From positions 25,110,001 through 25,174,000 of the forward strand of contig OZ024752.1 of the NCBI GenBank assembly GCA_964016885.1: DNA of 64,000 bases, written 5' to 3'. Below, in pieces: positions 28,746 through 43,700 of the stretch. Source of the stretch: Eledone cirrhosa. Its lineage: Eukaryota. The notes beneath the pieces were generated by a model. That model made no database searches. It was not told where the DNA came from and was given only the letters and a program-made list of their open reading frames with translations. The stretch's first letter is position 1, and each line of letters begins with the position of its first letter. The position numbers and the translations under genes are program-made.

Positions 28746-31700
28746 AGGGTAGGCTTGATCGGACGAGCTCGAAGAAAACGATTCCGGGTGCTACCCGTCG
28801 AGAGTCGTGAATATTCCGTTTACAAGACGGGTACGTGCCGGCCTACCCTATGCTATGACGGATGTCTCCGCCTCGACGACATGCCGTCTAGAACTCGTCC
28901 GCCCCGCCTGCACGTTAACGCCCGCCCTCCGCCTCCGATGCCGTGTTCCGCCTCCGATGCGTGTTCTGCCCGTAAAGTCTTGCCAACTTGGCCGCCTCCG
29001 ACCCGTGTGTGGCTGCAGGGGAATCCAGCCGACGACGACGCCTGGACGGGGCGTCGTGGTGGTAGCTTGGCTTGGTCGATGCGACGACAACACGCCGCCC
29101 AAACTTGCTTCCTTCGGGGAGGCCCCGCGTAGACGGCGGAAAGAAATCCATTCCGCCGGCTAGGCGGTTCCGCCGCCGACCCGTACTTTTACGAGTAGCT
29201 GCCGGGAAAGAGAGGCGGCAAGACGGCGTGTATACCCGTCGCGAGGCGAAGTTCCGCGACGCGACACGACGCCTTCCGTCTTCCGCCTCGAACCCGGCAA
29301 ACGTTCTCGCCCCTTGCCGCTTCGATGGCGAGAAAGTTCGCAACCCGCCGGCGAGGCGTATCCGCCGCCGACCCGTAGGGCTGCGCAACGCCTGCGGGGA
29401 ATACCACCGAGTAGGGATTTTGCAGCACGGCCAGGGGGTTCTGTCTATTATATAGGGTAGGCTTGATCGGACGAGCTCGAAGAAAACGATTCCGGGTGCT
29501 ACCCGTCGAGAGTCGTGAATATTCCGTTTACAAGACGGGTACGTGCCGGCCTACCCTATGCTATGACGGATGTCTCCGCCTCGACGACATGCCGTCTAGA
29601 ACTCGTCCGCCCCGCCTGCACGTTAACGCCCGCCCTCCGCCTCCGATGCCGTGTTCCGCCTCCGATGCGTGTTCTGCCCGTAAAGTCTTGCCAACTTGGC
29701 CGCCTCCGACCCGTGTGTGGCTGCAGGGGAATCCAGCCGACGACGACGCCCGGACGGGGCGTCGTGGTGGTAGCTTGGCTTGGTCGATGCGACGACAACA
29801 CGCCGCCCAAACTTGCTTCCTTCGGGGAGGCCCCGCGTAGACGGCGGAAAGAAATCCATTCCGCCGGCTAGGCGGTTCCGCCGCCGACCCGTACTTTTAC
29901 GAGTAGCTGCCGGGAAAGAGAGGCGGCAAGACGGCGTGTATACCCGTCGCGAGGCGAAGTTCCGCGACGCGACACGACGCCTTCCGTCTTCCGCCTCGAA
30001 CCCGGCAAACGTTCTCGCCCCTTGCCGCTTCGATGGCGAGAAAGTTCGCAACCCGCCGGCGAGGCGTATCCGCCGCCGACCCGTAGGGCTGCGCAACGCC
30101 TGCGGGGAATACCACCGAGTAGGGATTTTGCAGCACGGCCAGGGGGTTCTGTCTATTATATAGGGTAGGCTTGATCGGACGAGCTCGAAGAAAACGATTC
30201 CGGGTGCTACCCGTCGAGAGTCGTGAATATTCCGTTTACAAGACGGGTACGTGCCGGCCTACCCTATGCTATGACGGATGTCTCCGCCTCGACGACATGC
30301 CGTCTAGAACTCGTCCGCCCCGCCTGCACGTTAACGCCCGCCCTCCGCCTCCGATGCCGTGTTCCGCCTCCGATGCGTGTTCTGCCCGTAAAGTCTTGCC
30401 AACTTGGCCGCCTCCGACCCGTGTGTGGCTGCAGGGGAATCCAGCCGACGACGACGCCCGGACGGGGCGTCGTGGTGGTAGCTTGGCTTGGTCGATGCGA
30501 CGACAACACGCCGCCCAAACTTGCTTCCTTCGGGGAGGCCCCGCGTAGACGGCGGAAAGAAATCCATTCCGCCGGCTAGGCGGTTCCGCCGCCGACCCGT
30601 ACTTTTACGAGTAGCTGCCGGGAAAGAGAGGCGGCAAGACGGCGTGTATACCCGTCGCGAGGCGAAGTTCCGCGACGCGACACGACGCCTTCCGTCTTCC
30701 GCCTCGAACCCGGCAAACGTTCTCGCCCCTTGCCGCTTCGATGGCGAGAAAGTTCGCAACCCGCCGGCGAGGCGTATCCGCCGCCGACCCGTAGGGCTGC
30801 GCAACGCCTGCGGGGAATACCACCGAGTAGGGATTTTGCAGCACGGCCAGGGGGTTCTGTCTATTATATAGGGTAGGCTTGATCGGACGAGCTCGAAGAA
30901 AACGATTCCGGGTGCTACCCGTCGAGAGTCGTGAATATTCCGTTTACAAGACGGGTACGTGCCGGCCTACCCTATGCTATGACGGATGTCTCCGCCTCGA
31001 CGACATGCCGTCTAGAACTCGTCCGCCCCGCCTGCACGTTAACGCCCGCCCTCCGCCTCCGATGCCGTGTTCCGCCTCCGATGCGTGTTCTGCCCGTAAA
31101 GTCTTGCCAACTTGGCCGCCTCCGACCCGTGTGTGGCTGCAGGGGAATCCAGCCGACGACGACGCCCGGACGGGGCGTCGTGGTGGTAGCTTGGCTTGGT
31201 CGATGCGACGACAACACGCCGCCCAAACTTGCTTCCTTCGGGGAGGCCCCGCGTAGACGGCGGAAAGAAATCCATTCCGCCGGCTAGGCGGTTCCGCCGC
31301 CGACCCGTACTTTTACGAGTAGCTGCCGGGAAAGAGAGGCGGCAAGACGGCGTGTATACCCGTCGCGAGGCGAAGTTCCGCGACGCGACACGACGCCTTC
31401 CGTCTTCCGCCTCGAACCCGGCAAACGTTCTCGCCCCTTGCCGCTTCGATGGCGAGAAAGTTCGCAACCCGCCGGCGAGGCGTATCCGCCGCCGACCCGT
31501 AGGGCTGCGCAACGCCTGCGGGGAATACCACCGAGTAGGGATTTTGCAGCACGGCCAGGGGGTTCTGTCTATTATATAGGGTAGGCTTGATCGGACGAGC
31601 TCGAAGAAAACGATTCCGGGTGCTACCCGTCGAGAGTCGTGAATATTCCGTTTACAAGACGGGTACGTGCCGGCCTACCCTATGCTATGACGGATGTCTC

Positions 31701-34700
31701 CGCCTCGACGACATGCCGTCTAGAACTCGTCCGCCCCGCCTGCACGTTAACGCCCGCCCTCCGCCTCCGATGCCGTGTTCCGCCTCCGATGCGTGTTCTG
31801 CCCGTAAAGTCTTGCCAACTTGGCCGCCTCCGACCCGTGTGTGGCTGCAGGGGAATCCAGCCGACGACGACGCCCGGACGGGGCGTCGTGGTGGTAGCTT
31901 GGCTTGGTCGATGCGACGACAACACGCCGCCGCCCAAACTTGCTTCCTTCGGGGAGGCCCCGCGTAGACGGCGGAAAGAAATCCATTCCGCCGGCTAGGC
32001 GGTTCCGCCGCCGACCCGTACTTTTACGAGTAGCTGCCGGGAAAGAGAGGCGGCAAGACGGCGTGTATACCCGTCGCGAGGCGAAGTTCCGCGACGCGAC
32101 ACGACGCCTTCCGTCTTCCGCCTCGAACCCGGCAAACGTTCTCGCCCCTTGCCGCTTCGATGGCGAGAAAGTTCGCAACCCGCCGGCGAGGCGTATCCGC
32201 CGCCGACCCGTAGGGCTGCGCAACGCCTGCGGGGAATACCACCGAGTAGGGATTTTGCAGCACGGCCAGGGGGTTCTGTCTATTATATAGGGTAGGCTTG
32301 ATCGGACGAGCTCGAAGAAAACGATTCCGGGTGCTACCCGTCGAGAGTCGTGAATATTCCGTTTACAAGACGGGTACGTGCCGGCCTACCCTATGCTATG
32401 ACGGATGTCTCCGCCTCGACGACATGCCGTCTAGAACTCGTCCGCCCCGCCTGCACGTTAACGCCCGCCCTCCGCCTCCGATGCCGTGTTCCGCCTCCGA
32501 TGCGTGTTCTGCCCGTAAAGTCTTGCCAACTTGGCCGCCTCCGACCCGTGTGTGGCTGCAGGGGAATCCAGCCGACGACGACGCCCGGACGGGGCGTCGT
32601 GGTGGTAGCTTGGCTTGGTCGATGCGACGACAACACGCCGCCCAAACTTGCTTCCTTCGGGGAGGCCCCGCGTAGACGGCGGAAAGAAATCCATTCCGCC
32701 GGCTAGGCGGTTCCGCCGCCGACCCGTACTTTTACGAGTAGCTGCCGGGAAAGAGAGGCGGCAAGACGGCGTGTATACCCGTCGCGAGGCGAAGTTCCGC
32801 GACGCGACACGACGCCTTCCGTCTTCCGCCTCGAACCCGGCAAACGTTCTCGCCCCTTGCCGCTTCGATGGCGAGAAAGTTCGCAACCCGCCGGCGAGGC
32901 GTATCCGCCGCCGACCCGTAGGGCTGCGCAACGCCTGCGGGGAATACCACCGAGTAGGGATTTTGCAGCACGGCCAGGGGGTTCTGTCTATTATATAGGG
33001 TAGGCTTGATCGGACGAGCTCGAAGAAAACGATTCCGGGTGCTACCCGTCGAGAGTCGTGAATATTCCGTTTACAAGACGGGTACGTGCCGGCCTACCCT
33101 ATGCTATGACGGATGTCTCCGCCTCGACGACATGCCGTCTAGAACTCGTCCGCCCCGCCTGCACGTTAACGCCCGCCCTCCGCCTCCGATGCCGTGTTCC
33201 GCCTCCGATGCGTGTTCTGCCCGTAAAGTCTTGCCAACTTGGCCGCCTCCGACCCGTGTGTGGCTGCAGGGGAATCCAGCCGACGACGACGCCCGGACGG
33301 GGCGTCGTGGTGGTAGCTTGGCTTGGTCGATGCGACGACAACACGCCGCCCAAACTTGCTTCCTTCGGGGAGGCCCCGCGTAGACGGCGGAAAGAAATCC
33401 ATTCCGCCGGCTAGGCGGTTCCGCCGCCGACCCGTACTTTTACGAGTAGCTGCCGGGAAAGAGAGGCGGCAAGACGGCGTGTATACCCGTCGCGAGGCGA
33501 AGTTCCGCGACGCGACACGACGCCTTCCGTCTTCCGCCTCGAACCCGGCAAACGTTCTCGCCCCTTGCCGCTTCGATGGCGAGAAAGTTCGCAACCCGCC
33601 GGCGAGGCGTATCCGCCGCCGACCCGTAGGGCTGCGCAACGCCTGCGGGGAATACCACCGAGTAGGGATTTTGCAGCACGGCCAGGGGGTTCTGTCTATT
33701 ATATAGGGTAGGCTTGATCGGACGAGCTCGAAGAAAACGATTCCGGGTGCTACCCGTCGAGAGTCGTGAATATTCCGTTTACAAGACGGGTACGTGCCGG
33801 CCTACCCTATGCTATGACGGATGTCTCCGCCTCGACGACATGCCGTCTAGAACTCGTCCGCCCCGCCTGCACGTTAACGCCCGCCCTCCGCCTCCGATGC
33901 CGTGTTCCGCCTCCGATGCGTGTTCTGCCCGTAAAGTCTTGCCAACTTGGCCGCCTCCGACCCGTGTGTGGCTGCAGGGGAATCCAGCCGACGACGACGC
34001 CCGGACGGGGCGTCGTGGTGGTAGCTTGGCTTGGTCGATGCGACGACAACACGCCGCCCAAACTTGCTTCCTTCGGGGAGGCCCCGCGTAGACGGCGGAA
34101 AGAAATCCATTCCGCCGGCTAGGCGGTTCCGCCGCCGACCCGTACTTTTACGAGTAGCTGCCGGGAAAGAGAGGCGGCAAGACGGCGTGTATACCCGTCG
34201 CGAGGCGAAGTTCCGCGACGCGACACGACGCCTTCCGTCTTCCGCCTCGAACCCGGCAAACGTTCTCGCCCCTTGCCGCTTCGATGGCGAGAAAGTTCGC
34301 AACCCGCCGGCGAGGCGTATCCGCCGCCGACCCGTAGGGCTGCGCAACGCCTGCGGGGAATACCACCGAGTAGGGATTTTGCAGCACGGCCAGGGGGTTC
34401 TGTCTATTATATAGGGTAGGCTTGATCGGACGAGCTCGAAGAAAACGATTCCGGGTGCTACCCGTCGAGAGTCGTGAATATTCCGTTTACAAGACGGGTA
34501 CGTGCCGGCCTACCCTATGCTATGACGGATGTCTCCGCCTCGACGACATGCCGTCTAGAACTCGTCCGCCCCGCCTGCACGTTAACGCCCGCCCTCCGCC
34601 TCCGATGCCGTGTTCCGCCTCCGATGCGTGTTCTGCCCGTAAAGTCTTGCCAACTTGGCCGCCTCCGACCCGTGTGTGGCTGCAGGGGAATCCAGCCGAC

Positions 34701-37700
34701 GACGACGCCTGGACGGGGCGTCGTGGTGGTAGCTTGGCTTGGTCGATGCGACGACAACACGCCGCCCAAACTTGCTTCCTTCGGGGAGGCCCCGCGTAGA
34801 CGGCGGAAAGAAATCCATTCCGCCGGCTAGGCGGTTCCGCCGCCGACCCGTACTTTTACGAGTAGCTGCCGGGAAAGAGAGGCGGCAAGACGGCGTGTAT
34901 ACCCGTCGCGAGGCGAAGTTCCGCGACGCGACACGACGCCTTCCGTCTTCCGCCTCGAACCCGGCAAACGTTCTCGCCCCTTGCCGCTTCGATGGCGAGA
35001 AAGTTCGCAACCCGCCGGCGAGGCGTATCCGCCGCCGACCCGTAGGGCTGCGCAACGCCTGCGGGGAATACCACCGAGTAGGGATTTTGCAGCACGGCCA
35101 GGGGGTTCTGTCTATTATATAGGGTAGGCTTGATCGGACGAGCTCGAAGAAAACGATTCCGGGTGCTACCCGTCGAGAGTCGTGAATATTCCGTTTACAA
35201 GACGGGTACGTGCCGGCCTACCCTATGCTATGACGGATGTCTCCGCCTCGACGACATGCCGTCCAGAACTCGTCCGCCCCGCCTGCACGTTAACGCCCGC
35301 CCTCCGCCTCCGATGCTGTGTTCCGCCTCCGATGCGTGTTCTGCCCGTAAAGTCTTGCCAACTTGGCCGCCTCCGACCCGTGTGTGGCTGCAGGGGAATC
35401 CAGCCGACGACGACGCCCGGACGGGGCGTCGTGGTGGTAGCTTGGTCGATGCGACGACAACACGCCGCCAACTTGCTTCCTTCGGGGAGGCCCCGTGTAG
35501 ACGGCGGAAAGAAATCCATTCCGCCGGCTAGGCGGTTCCGCCGCCGACCCGTACTTTTACGAGTAGCTGCCGGGAAAGAGAGGCGGCAAGACGGCGTGTA
35601 TACCCGTCGCGAGGCGAAGTTCCGCGACGCGACACGACGCCTTCCGTCTTCCGCCTCGAACCCGGCAAACGTTCCTTTATTCGTTCTCGCCTTGCCGCTT
35701 CGATGGCGAGAAAGTTCGCAACCCGCCGGCGAGGCGTATCCGCCGCCGACCCGTAGGGCTGCGCAACGCCTGCGGGGAATACCACCGAGTAGGGATTTTG
35801 CAGCACGGCCAGGGGGTTCTGTCTATTATATAGGGTAGGCTTGATCGGACGAGCTCGAAGAAAACGATTCCGGGTGCTACCCGTCGAGAGTCGTGAATAT
35901 TCCGTTTACAAGACGGGTACGTGCCGGCCTACCCTATGCTATGACGGATGTCTCCGCCTCGACGACATGCCGTCTAGAACTCGTCCGCCCCGCCTGCACG
36001 TTAACGCCCGCGCTCCGTCTTCCGCCTCCGATGCGTGTTCTGCCCGTAAAGTCTTGCCAACTTGGCCGCCTCCGACCCGTGTGTGGCTGCAGGGGAATCC
36101 AGCCGACGACGACGCCCGGACGGGGCGTCGTGGTGGTAGCTTGGCTTGGTCGATGCGACGACAACACGCCGCCCAAACTTGCTTCCTTCGGGGAGGCCCC
36201 GTGTAGACGGCGGAAAGAAATCCATTCCGCCGGCTAGGCGGTTCCGCCGCCGACCCGTACTTTTACGAGTAGCTGCCGGGAAAGAGAGGCGGCAAGACGG
36301 CGTGTATACCCGTCGCGAGGCGAAGTTCCGCGACGCGACACGACGCCTTCCGTCTTCCGCCTCGAACCCGGCAAACGTTCTCGCCCTTGCCGCTTCGATG
36401 GCGAGAAAAGTTCGCAACCCGCCGGCGAGGCGTATCCGCCGCCGACCCGTAGGGCTGCGCAACGCCTGCGGGGAATACCACCGAGTAGGGATTTTGCAGC
36501 ACGGCCAGGGGGTTCTGTCTATTATATAGGGTAGGCTTGATCGGACGAGCTCGAAGAAAACGATTCCGGGTGCTACCCGTCGAGAGTCGTGAATATTCCG
36601 TTTACAAGACGGGTACGTGCCGGCCTACCCTATGCTATGACGGATGTCTCCGCCTCGACGACATGCCGTCTAGAACTCGTCCGCCCCGCCTGCACGTTAA
36701 CGCCCGCCCTCCGCCTCCGATGCTGTGTTCCGCCTCCGATGCGTGTTCTGCCCGTAAAGTCTTGCCAACTTGGCCGCCTCCGACCCGTGTGTGGCTGCAG
36801 GGGAATCCAGCCGACGACGACGCCCGGACGGGGCGTCGTGGTGGTAGCTTGGTCGATGCGACGACAACACGCCGCCAACTTGCTTCCTTCGGGGAGGCCC
36901 CGTGTAGACGGCGGAAAGAAATCCATTCCGCCGGCTAGGCGGTTCCGCCGCCGACCCGTACTTTTACGAGTAGCTGCCGGGAAAGAGAGGCGGCAAGACG
37001 GCGTGTATACCCGTCGCGAGGCGAAGTTCCGCGACGCGACACGACGCCTTCCGTCTTCCGCCTCGAACCCGGCAAACGTTCCTTTATTCGTTCTCGCCTT
37101 GCCGCTTCGATGGCGAGAAAGTTCGCAACCCGCCGGCGAGGCGTATCCGCCGCCGACCCGTAGGGCTGCGCAACGCCTGCGGGGAATACCACCGAGTAGG
37201 GATTTTGCAGCACGGCCAGGGGGTTCTGTCTATTATATAGGGTAGGCTTGATCGGACGAGCTCGAAGAAAACGATTCCGGGTGCTACCCGTCGAGAGTCG
37301 TGAATATTCCGTTTACAAGACGGGTACGTGCCGGCCTACCCTATGCTATGACGGATGTCTCCGCCTCGACGACATGCCGTCTAGAACTCGTCCGCCCCGC
37401 CTGCACGTTAACGCCCGCGCTCCGTCTTCCGCCTCCGATGCGTGTTCTGCCCGTAAAGTCTTGCCAACTTGGCCGCCTCCGACCCGTGTGTGGCTGCAGG
37501 GGAATCCAGCCGACGACGACGCCCGGACGGGGCGTCGTGGTGGTAGCTTGGCTTGGTCGATGCGACGACAACACGCCGCCCAAACTTGCTTCCTTCGGGG
37601 AGGCCCCGTGTAGACGGCGGAAAGAAATCCATTCCGCCGGCTAGGCGGTTCCGCCGCCGACCCGTACTTTTACGAGTAGCTGCCGGGAAAGAGAGGCGGC

Positions 37701-40700
37701 AAGACGGCGTGTATACCCGTCGCGAGGCGAAGTTCCGCGACGCGACACGACGCCTTCCGTCTTCCGCCTCGAACCCGGCAAACGTTCTCGCCCTTGCCGC
37801 TTCGATGGCGAGAAAAGTTCGCAACCCGCCGGCGAGGCGTATCCGCCGCCGACCCGTAGGGCTGCGCAACGCCTGCGGGGAATACCACCGAGTAGGGATT
37901 TTGCAGCACGGCCAGGGGGTTCTGTCTATTATATAGGGTAGGCTTGATCGGACGAGCTCGAAGAAAACGATTCCGGGTGCTACCCGTCGAGAGTCGTGAA
38001 TATTCCGTTTACAAGACGGGTACGTGCCGGCCTACCCTATGCTATGACGGATGTCTCCGCCTCGACGACATGCCGTCTAGAACTCGTCCGCCCCGCCTGC
38101 ACGTTAACGCCCGCCCTCCGCCTCCGATGCCGTGTTCCGCCTCCGATGCGTGTTCTGCCCGTAAAGTCTTGCCAACTTGGCCGCCTCCGACCCGTGTGTG
38201 GCTGCAGGGGAATCCAGCCGACGACGACGCCCGGACGGGGCGTCGTGGTGGTAGCTTGGTCGATGCGACGACAACACGCCGCCAACTTGCTTCCTTCGGG
38301 GAGGCCCCGTGTAGACGGCGGAAAGAAATCCATTCCGCCGGCTAGGCGGTTCCGCCGCCGACCCGTACTTTTACGAGTAGCTGCCGGGAAAGAGAGGCGG
38401 CAAGACGGCGTGTATACCCGTCGCGAGGCGAAGTTCCGCGACGCGACACGACGCCTTCCGTCTTCCGCCTCGAACCCGGCAAACGTTCTCGCCCCTTGCC
38501 GCTTCGATGGCGAGAAAGTTCGCAACCCGCCGGCGAGGCGTATCCGCCGCCGACCCGTAGGGCTGCGCAACGCCTGCGGGGAATACCACCGAGTAGGGAT
38601 TTTGCAGCACGGCCAGGGGGTTCTGTCTATTATATAGGGTAGGCTTGATCGGACGAGCTCGAAGAAAACGATTCCGGGTGCTACCCGTCGAGAGTCGTGA
38701 ATATTCCGTTTACAAGACGGGTACGTGCCGGCCTACCCTATGCTATGACGGATGTCTCCGCCTCGACGACATGCCGTCTAGAACTCGTCCGCCCCGCCTG
38801 CACGTTAACGCCCGCCCTCCGCCTCCGATGCCGTGTTCCGCCTCCGATGCGTGTTCTGCCCGTAAAGTCTTGCCAACTTGGCCGCCTCCGACCCGTGTGT
38901 GGCTGCAGGGGAATCCAGCCGACGACGACGCCCGGACGGGGCGTCGTGGTGGTAGCTTGGCTTGGTCGATGCGACGACAACACGCCGCCCAAACTTGCTT
39001 CCTTCGGGGAGGCCCCGCGTAGACGGCGGAAAGAAATCCATTCCGCCGGCTAGGCGGTTCCGCCGCCGACCCGTACTTTTACGAGTAGCTGCCGGGAAAG
39101 AGAGGCGGCAAGACGGCGTGTATACCCGTCGCGAGGCGAAGTTCCGCGACGCGACACGACGCCTTCCGTCTTCCGCCTCGAACCCGGCAAACGTTCTCGC
39201 CCCTTGCCGCTTCGATGGCGAGAAAGTTTGCAACCCGCCGGCGAGGCGTATCCGCCGCCGACCCGTAGGGCTGCGCAACGCCTGCGGGGAATACCACCGA
39301 GTAGGGATTTTGCAGCACGGCCAGGGGGTTCTGTCTATTATATAGGGTAGGCTTGATCGGACGAGCTCGAAGAAAACGATTCCGGGTGCTACCCGTCGAG
39401 AGTCGTGAATATTCCGTTTACAAGACGGGTACGTGCCGGCCTACCCTATGCTATGACGGATGTCTCCGCCTCGACGACATGCCGTCTAGAACTCGTCCGC
39501 CCCGCCTGCACGTTAACGCCCGCCCTCCGCCTCCGATGCCGTGTTCCGCCTCCGATGCGTGTTCTGCCCGTAAAGTCTTGCCAACTTGGCCGCCTCCGAC
39601 CCGTGTGTGGCTGCAGGGGAATCCAGCCGACGACGACGCCCGGACGGGGCGTCGTGGTGGTAGCTTGGCTTGGTCGATGCGACGACAACACGCCGCCGCC
39701 CAAACTTGCTTCCTTCGGGGAGGCCCCGCGTAGACGGCGGAAAGAAATCCATTCCGCCGGCTAGGCGGTTCCGCCGCCGACCCGTACTTTTACGAGTAGC
39801 TGCCGGGAAAGAGAGGCGGCAAGACGGCGTGTATACCCGTCGCGAGGCGAAGTTCCGCGACGCGACACGACGCCTTCCGTCTTCCGCCTCGAACCCGGCA
39901 AACGTTCTCGCCCCTTGCCGCTTCGATGGCGAGAAAGTTCGCAACCCGCCGGCGAGGCGTATCCGCCGCCGACCCGTAGGGCTGCGCAACGCCTGCGGGG
40001 AATACCACCGAGTAGGGATTTTGCAGCACGGCCAGGGGGTTCTGTCTATTATATAGGGTAGGCTTGATCGGACGAGCTCGAAGAAAACGATTCCGGGTGC
40101 TACCCGTCGAGAGTCGTGAATATTCCGTTTACAAGACGGGTACGTGCCGGCCTACCCTATGCTATGACGGATGTCTCCGCCTCGACGACATGCCGTCTAG
40201 AACTCGTCCGCCCCGCCTGCACGTTAACGCCCGCCCTCCGCCTCCGATGCCGTGTTCCGCCTCCGATGCGTGTTCTGCCCGTAAAGTCTTGCCAACTTGG
40301 CCGCCTCCGACCCGTGTGTGGCTGCAGGGGAATCCAGCCGACGACGACGCCCGGACGGGGCGTCGTGGTGGTAGCTTGGTCGATGCGACGACAACACGCC
40401 GCCAACTTGCTTCCTTCGGGGAGGCCCCGTGTAGACGGCGGAAAGAAATCCATTCCGCCGGCTAGGCGGTTCCGCCGCCGACCCGTACTTTTACGAGTAG
40501 CTGCCGGGAAAGAGAGGCGGCAAGACGGCGTGTATACCCGTCGCGAGGCGAAGTTCCGCGACGCGACACGACGCCTTCCGTCTTCCGCCTCGAACCCGGC
40601 AAACGTTCTCGCCCTTGCCGCTTCGATGGCGAGAAAAGTTCGCAACCCGCCGGCGAGGCGTATCCGCCGCCGACCCGTAGGGCTGCGCAACGCCTGCGGG

Positions 40701-43700
40701 GAATACCACCGAGTAGGGATTTTGCAGCACGGCCAGGGGGTTCTGTCTATTATATAGGGTAGGCTTGATCGGACGAGCTCGAAGAAAACGATTCCGGGTG
40801 CTACCCGTCGAGAGTCGTGAATATTCCGTTTACAAGACGGGTACGTGCCGGCCTACCCTATGCTATGACGGATGTCTCCGCCTCGACGACATGCCGTCTA
40901 GAACTCGTCCGCCCCGCCTGCACGTTAACGCCCGCCCTCCGCCTCCGATGCTGTGTTCCGCCTCCGATGCGTGTTCTGCCCGTAAAGTCTTGCCAACTTG
41001 GCCGCCTCCGACCCGTGTGTGGCTGCAGGGGAATCCAGCCGACGACGACGCCCGGACGGGGCGTCGTGGTGGTAGCTTGGTCGATGCGACGACAACACGC
41101 CGCCAACTTGCTTCCTTCGGGGAGGCCCCGTGTAGACGGCGGAAAGAAATCCATTCCGCCGGCTAGGCGGTTCCGCCGCCGACCCGTACTTTTACGAGTA
41201 GCTGCCGGGAAAGAGAGGCGGCAAGACGGCGTGTATACCCGTCGCGAGGCGAAGTTCCGCGACGCGACACGACGCCTTCCGTCTTCCGCCTCGAACCCGG
41301 CAAACGTTCCTTTATTCGTTCTCGCCTTGCCGCTTCGATGGCGAGAAAGTTCGCAACCCGCCGGCGAGGCGTATCCGCCGCCGACCCGTAGGGCTGCGCA
41401 ACGCCTGCGGGGAATACCACCGAGTAGGGATTTTGCAGCACGGCCAGGGGGTTCTGTCTATTATATAGGGTAGGCTTGATCGGACGAGCTCGAAGAAAAC
41501 GATTCCGGGTGCTACCCGTCGAGAGTCGTGAATATTCCGTTTACAAGACGGGTACGTGCCGGCCTACCCTATGCTATGACGGATGTCTCCGCCTCGACGA
41601 CATGCCGTCTAGAACTCGTCCGCCCCGCCTGCACGTTAACGCCCGCGCTCCGTCTTCCGCCTCCGATGCGTGTTCTGCCCGTAAAGTCTTGCCAACTTGG
41701 CCGCCTCCGACCCGTGTGTGGCTGCAGGGGAATCCAGCCGACGACGACGCCCGGACGGGGCGTCGTGGTGGTAGCTTGGCTTGGTCGATGCGACGACAAC
41801 ACGCCGCCCAAACTTGCTTCCTTCGGGGAGGCCCCGTGTAGACGGCGGAAAGAAATCCATTCCGCCGGCTAGGCGGTTCCGCCGCCGACCCGTACTTTTA
41901 CGAGTAGCTGCCGGGAAAGAGAGGCGGCAAGACGGCGTGTATACCCGTCGCGAGGCGAAGTTCCGCGACGCGACGCGACACGACGCCTTCCGTCTTCCGC
42001 CTCGAACCCGGCAAACGTTCCTTTATTCGTTCTCGCCTTGCCGCTTCGATGGCGAGAAAGTTCGCAACCCGCCGGCGAGGCGTATCCGCCGCCGACCCGT
42101 AGGGCTGCGCAACGCCTGCGGGGAATACCACCGAGTAGGGATTTTGCAGCACGGCCAGGGGGTTCTGTCTATTATATAGGGTAGGCTTGATCGGACGAGC
42201 TCGAAGAAAACGATTCCGGGTGCTACCCGTCGAGAGTCGTGAATATTCCGTTTTCAAGACGGGTACGTGCCGGCCTACCCTATGCTATGACGGATGTCTC
42301 CGCCTCGACGACATGCCGTCTAGAACTCGTCCGCCCCGCCTGCACGTTAACGCCCGCCCTCCGCCTCCGATGCGTGTTCCGCCTCCGATGCGTGTTCTGC
42401 CCGTAAAGTCTTGCCAACTTGGCCGCCTCCGACCCGTGTGTGGCTGCAGGGGAATCCAGCCGACGACGACGCCCGGACGGGGCGTCGTGGTGGTAGCTTG
42501 GCTTGGTCGATGCGACGACAACACGCCGCCCAAACTTGCTTCCTTCGGGGAGGCCCCGTGTAGACGGCGGAAAGAAATCCATTCCGCCGGCTAGGCGGTT
42601 CCGCCGCCGACCCGTACTTTTACGAGTAGCTGCCGGGAAAGAGAGGCGGCAAGACGGCGTGTATACCCGTCGCGAGGCGAAGTTCCGCGACGCGACACGA
42701 CGCCTTCCGTCTTCCGCCTCACAACCCGGCAAACGTTCTCGCCCTTGCCGCTTCGATGGCGAGAAAGTTCGCAACCCGCCGGCGAGGCGTATCCGCCGCC
42801 GACCCGTAGGGCTGCGCAACGCCTGCGGGGAATACCACCGAGTAGGGATTTTGCAGCACGGCCAGGGGGTTCTGTCTATTATATAGGGTAGGCTTGATCG
42901 GACGAGCTCGAAGAAAACGATTCCGGGTGCTACCCGTCGAGAGTCGTGAATATTCCGTTTACAAGACGGGTACGTGCCGGCCTACCCTATGCTATGACGG
43001 ATGTCTCCGCCTCGACGACATGCCGTCTAGAACTCGTCCGCCCCGCCTGCACGTTAACGCCCGCCCTCCGCCTCCGATGCCGTGTTCCGCCTCCGATGCG
43101 TGTTCTGCCCGTAAAGTCTTGCCAACTTGGCCGCCTCCGACCCGTGTGTGGCTGCAGGGGAATCCAGCCGACGACGACGCCCGGACGGGGCGTCGTGGTG
43201 GTAGCTTGGCTTGGTCGATGCGACGACAACACGCCGCCCAAACTTGCTTCCTTCGGGGAGGCCCCGTGTAGACGGCGGAAAGAAATCCATTCCGCCGGCT
43301 AGGCGGTTCCGCCGCCGACCCGTACTTTTACGAGTAGCTGCCGGGAAAGAGATGCGGCAAGACGGCGTGTATACCCGTCGCGAGGCGAAGTTCCGCGACG
43401 CGACACGACGCCTTCCGTCTTCCGCCTCGAACCCGGCAAACGTTCCTTTATTCGTTCTCGCCTTGCCGCTTCGATGGCGAGAAAGTTCGCAACCCGCCGG
43501 CGAGGCGTATCCGCCGCCGACCCGTAGGGCTGCGCAACGCCTGCGGGGAATACCACCGAGTAGGGATTTTGCAGCACGGCCAGGGGGTTCTGTCTATTAT
43601 ATAGGGTAGGCTTGATCGGACGAGCTCGAAGAAAACGATTCCGGGTGCTACCCGTCGAGAGTCGTGAATATTCCGTTTACAAGACGGGTACGTGCCGGCC

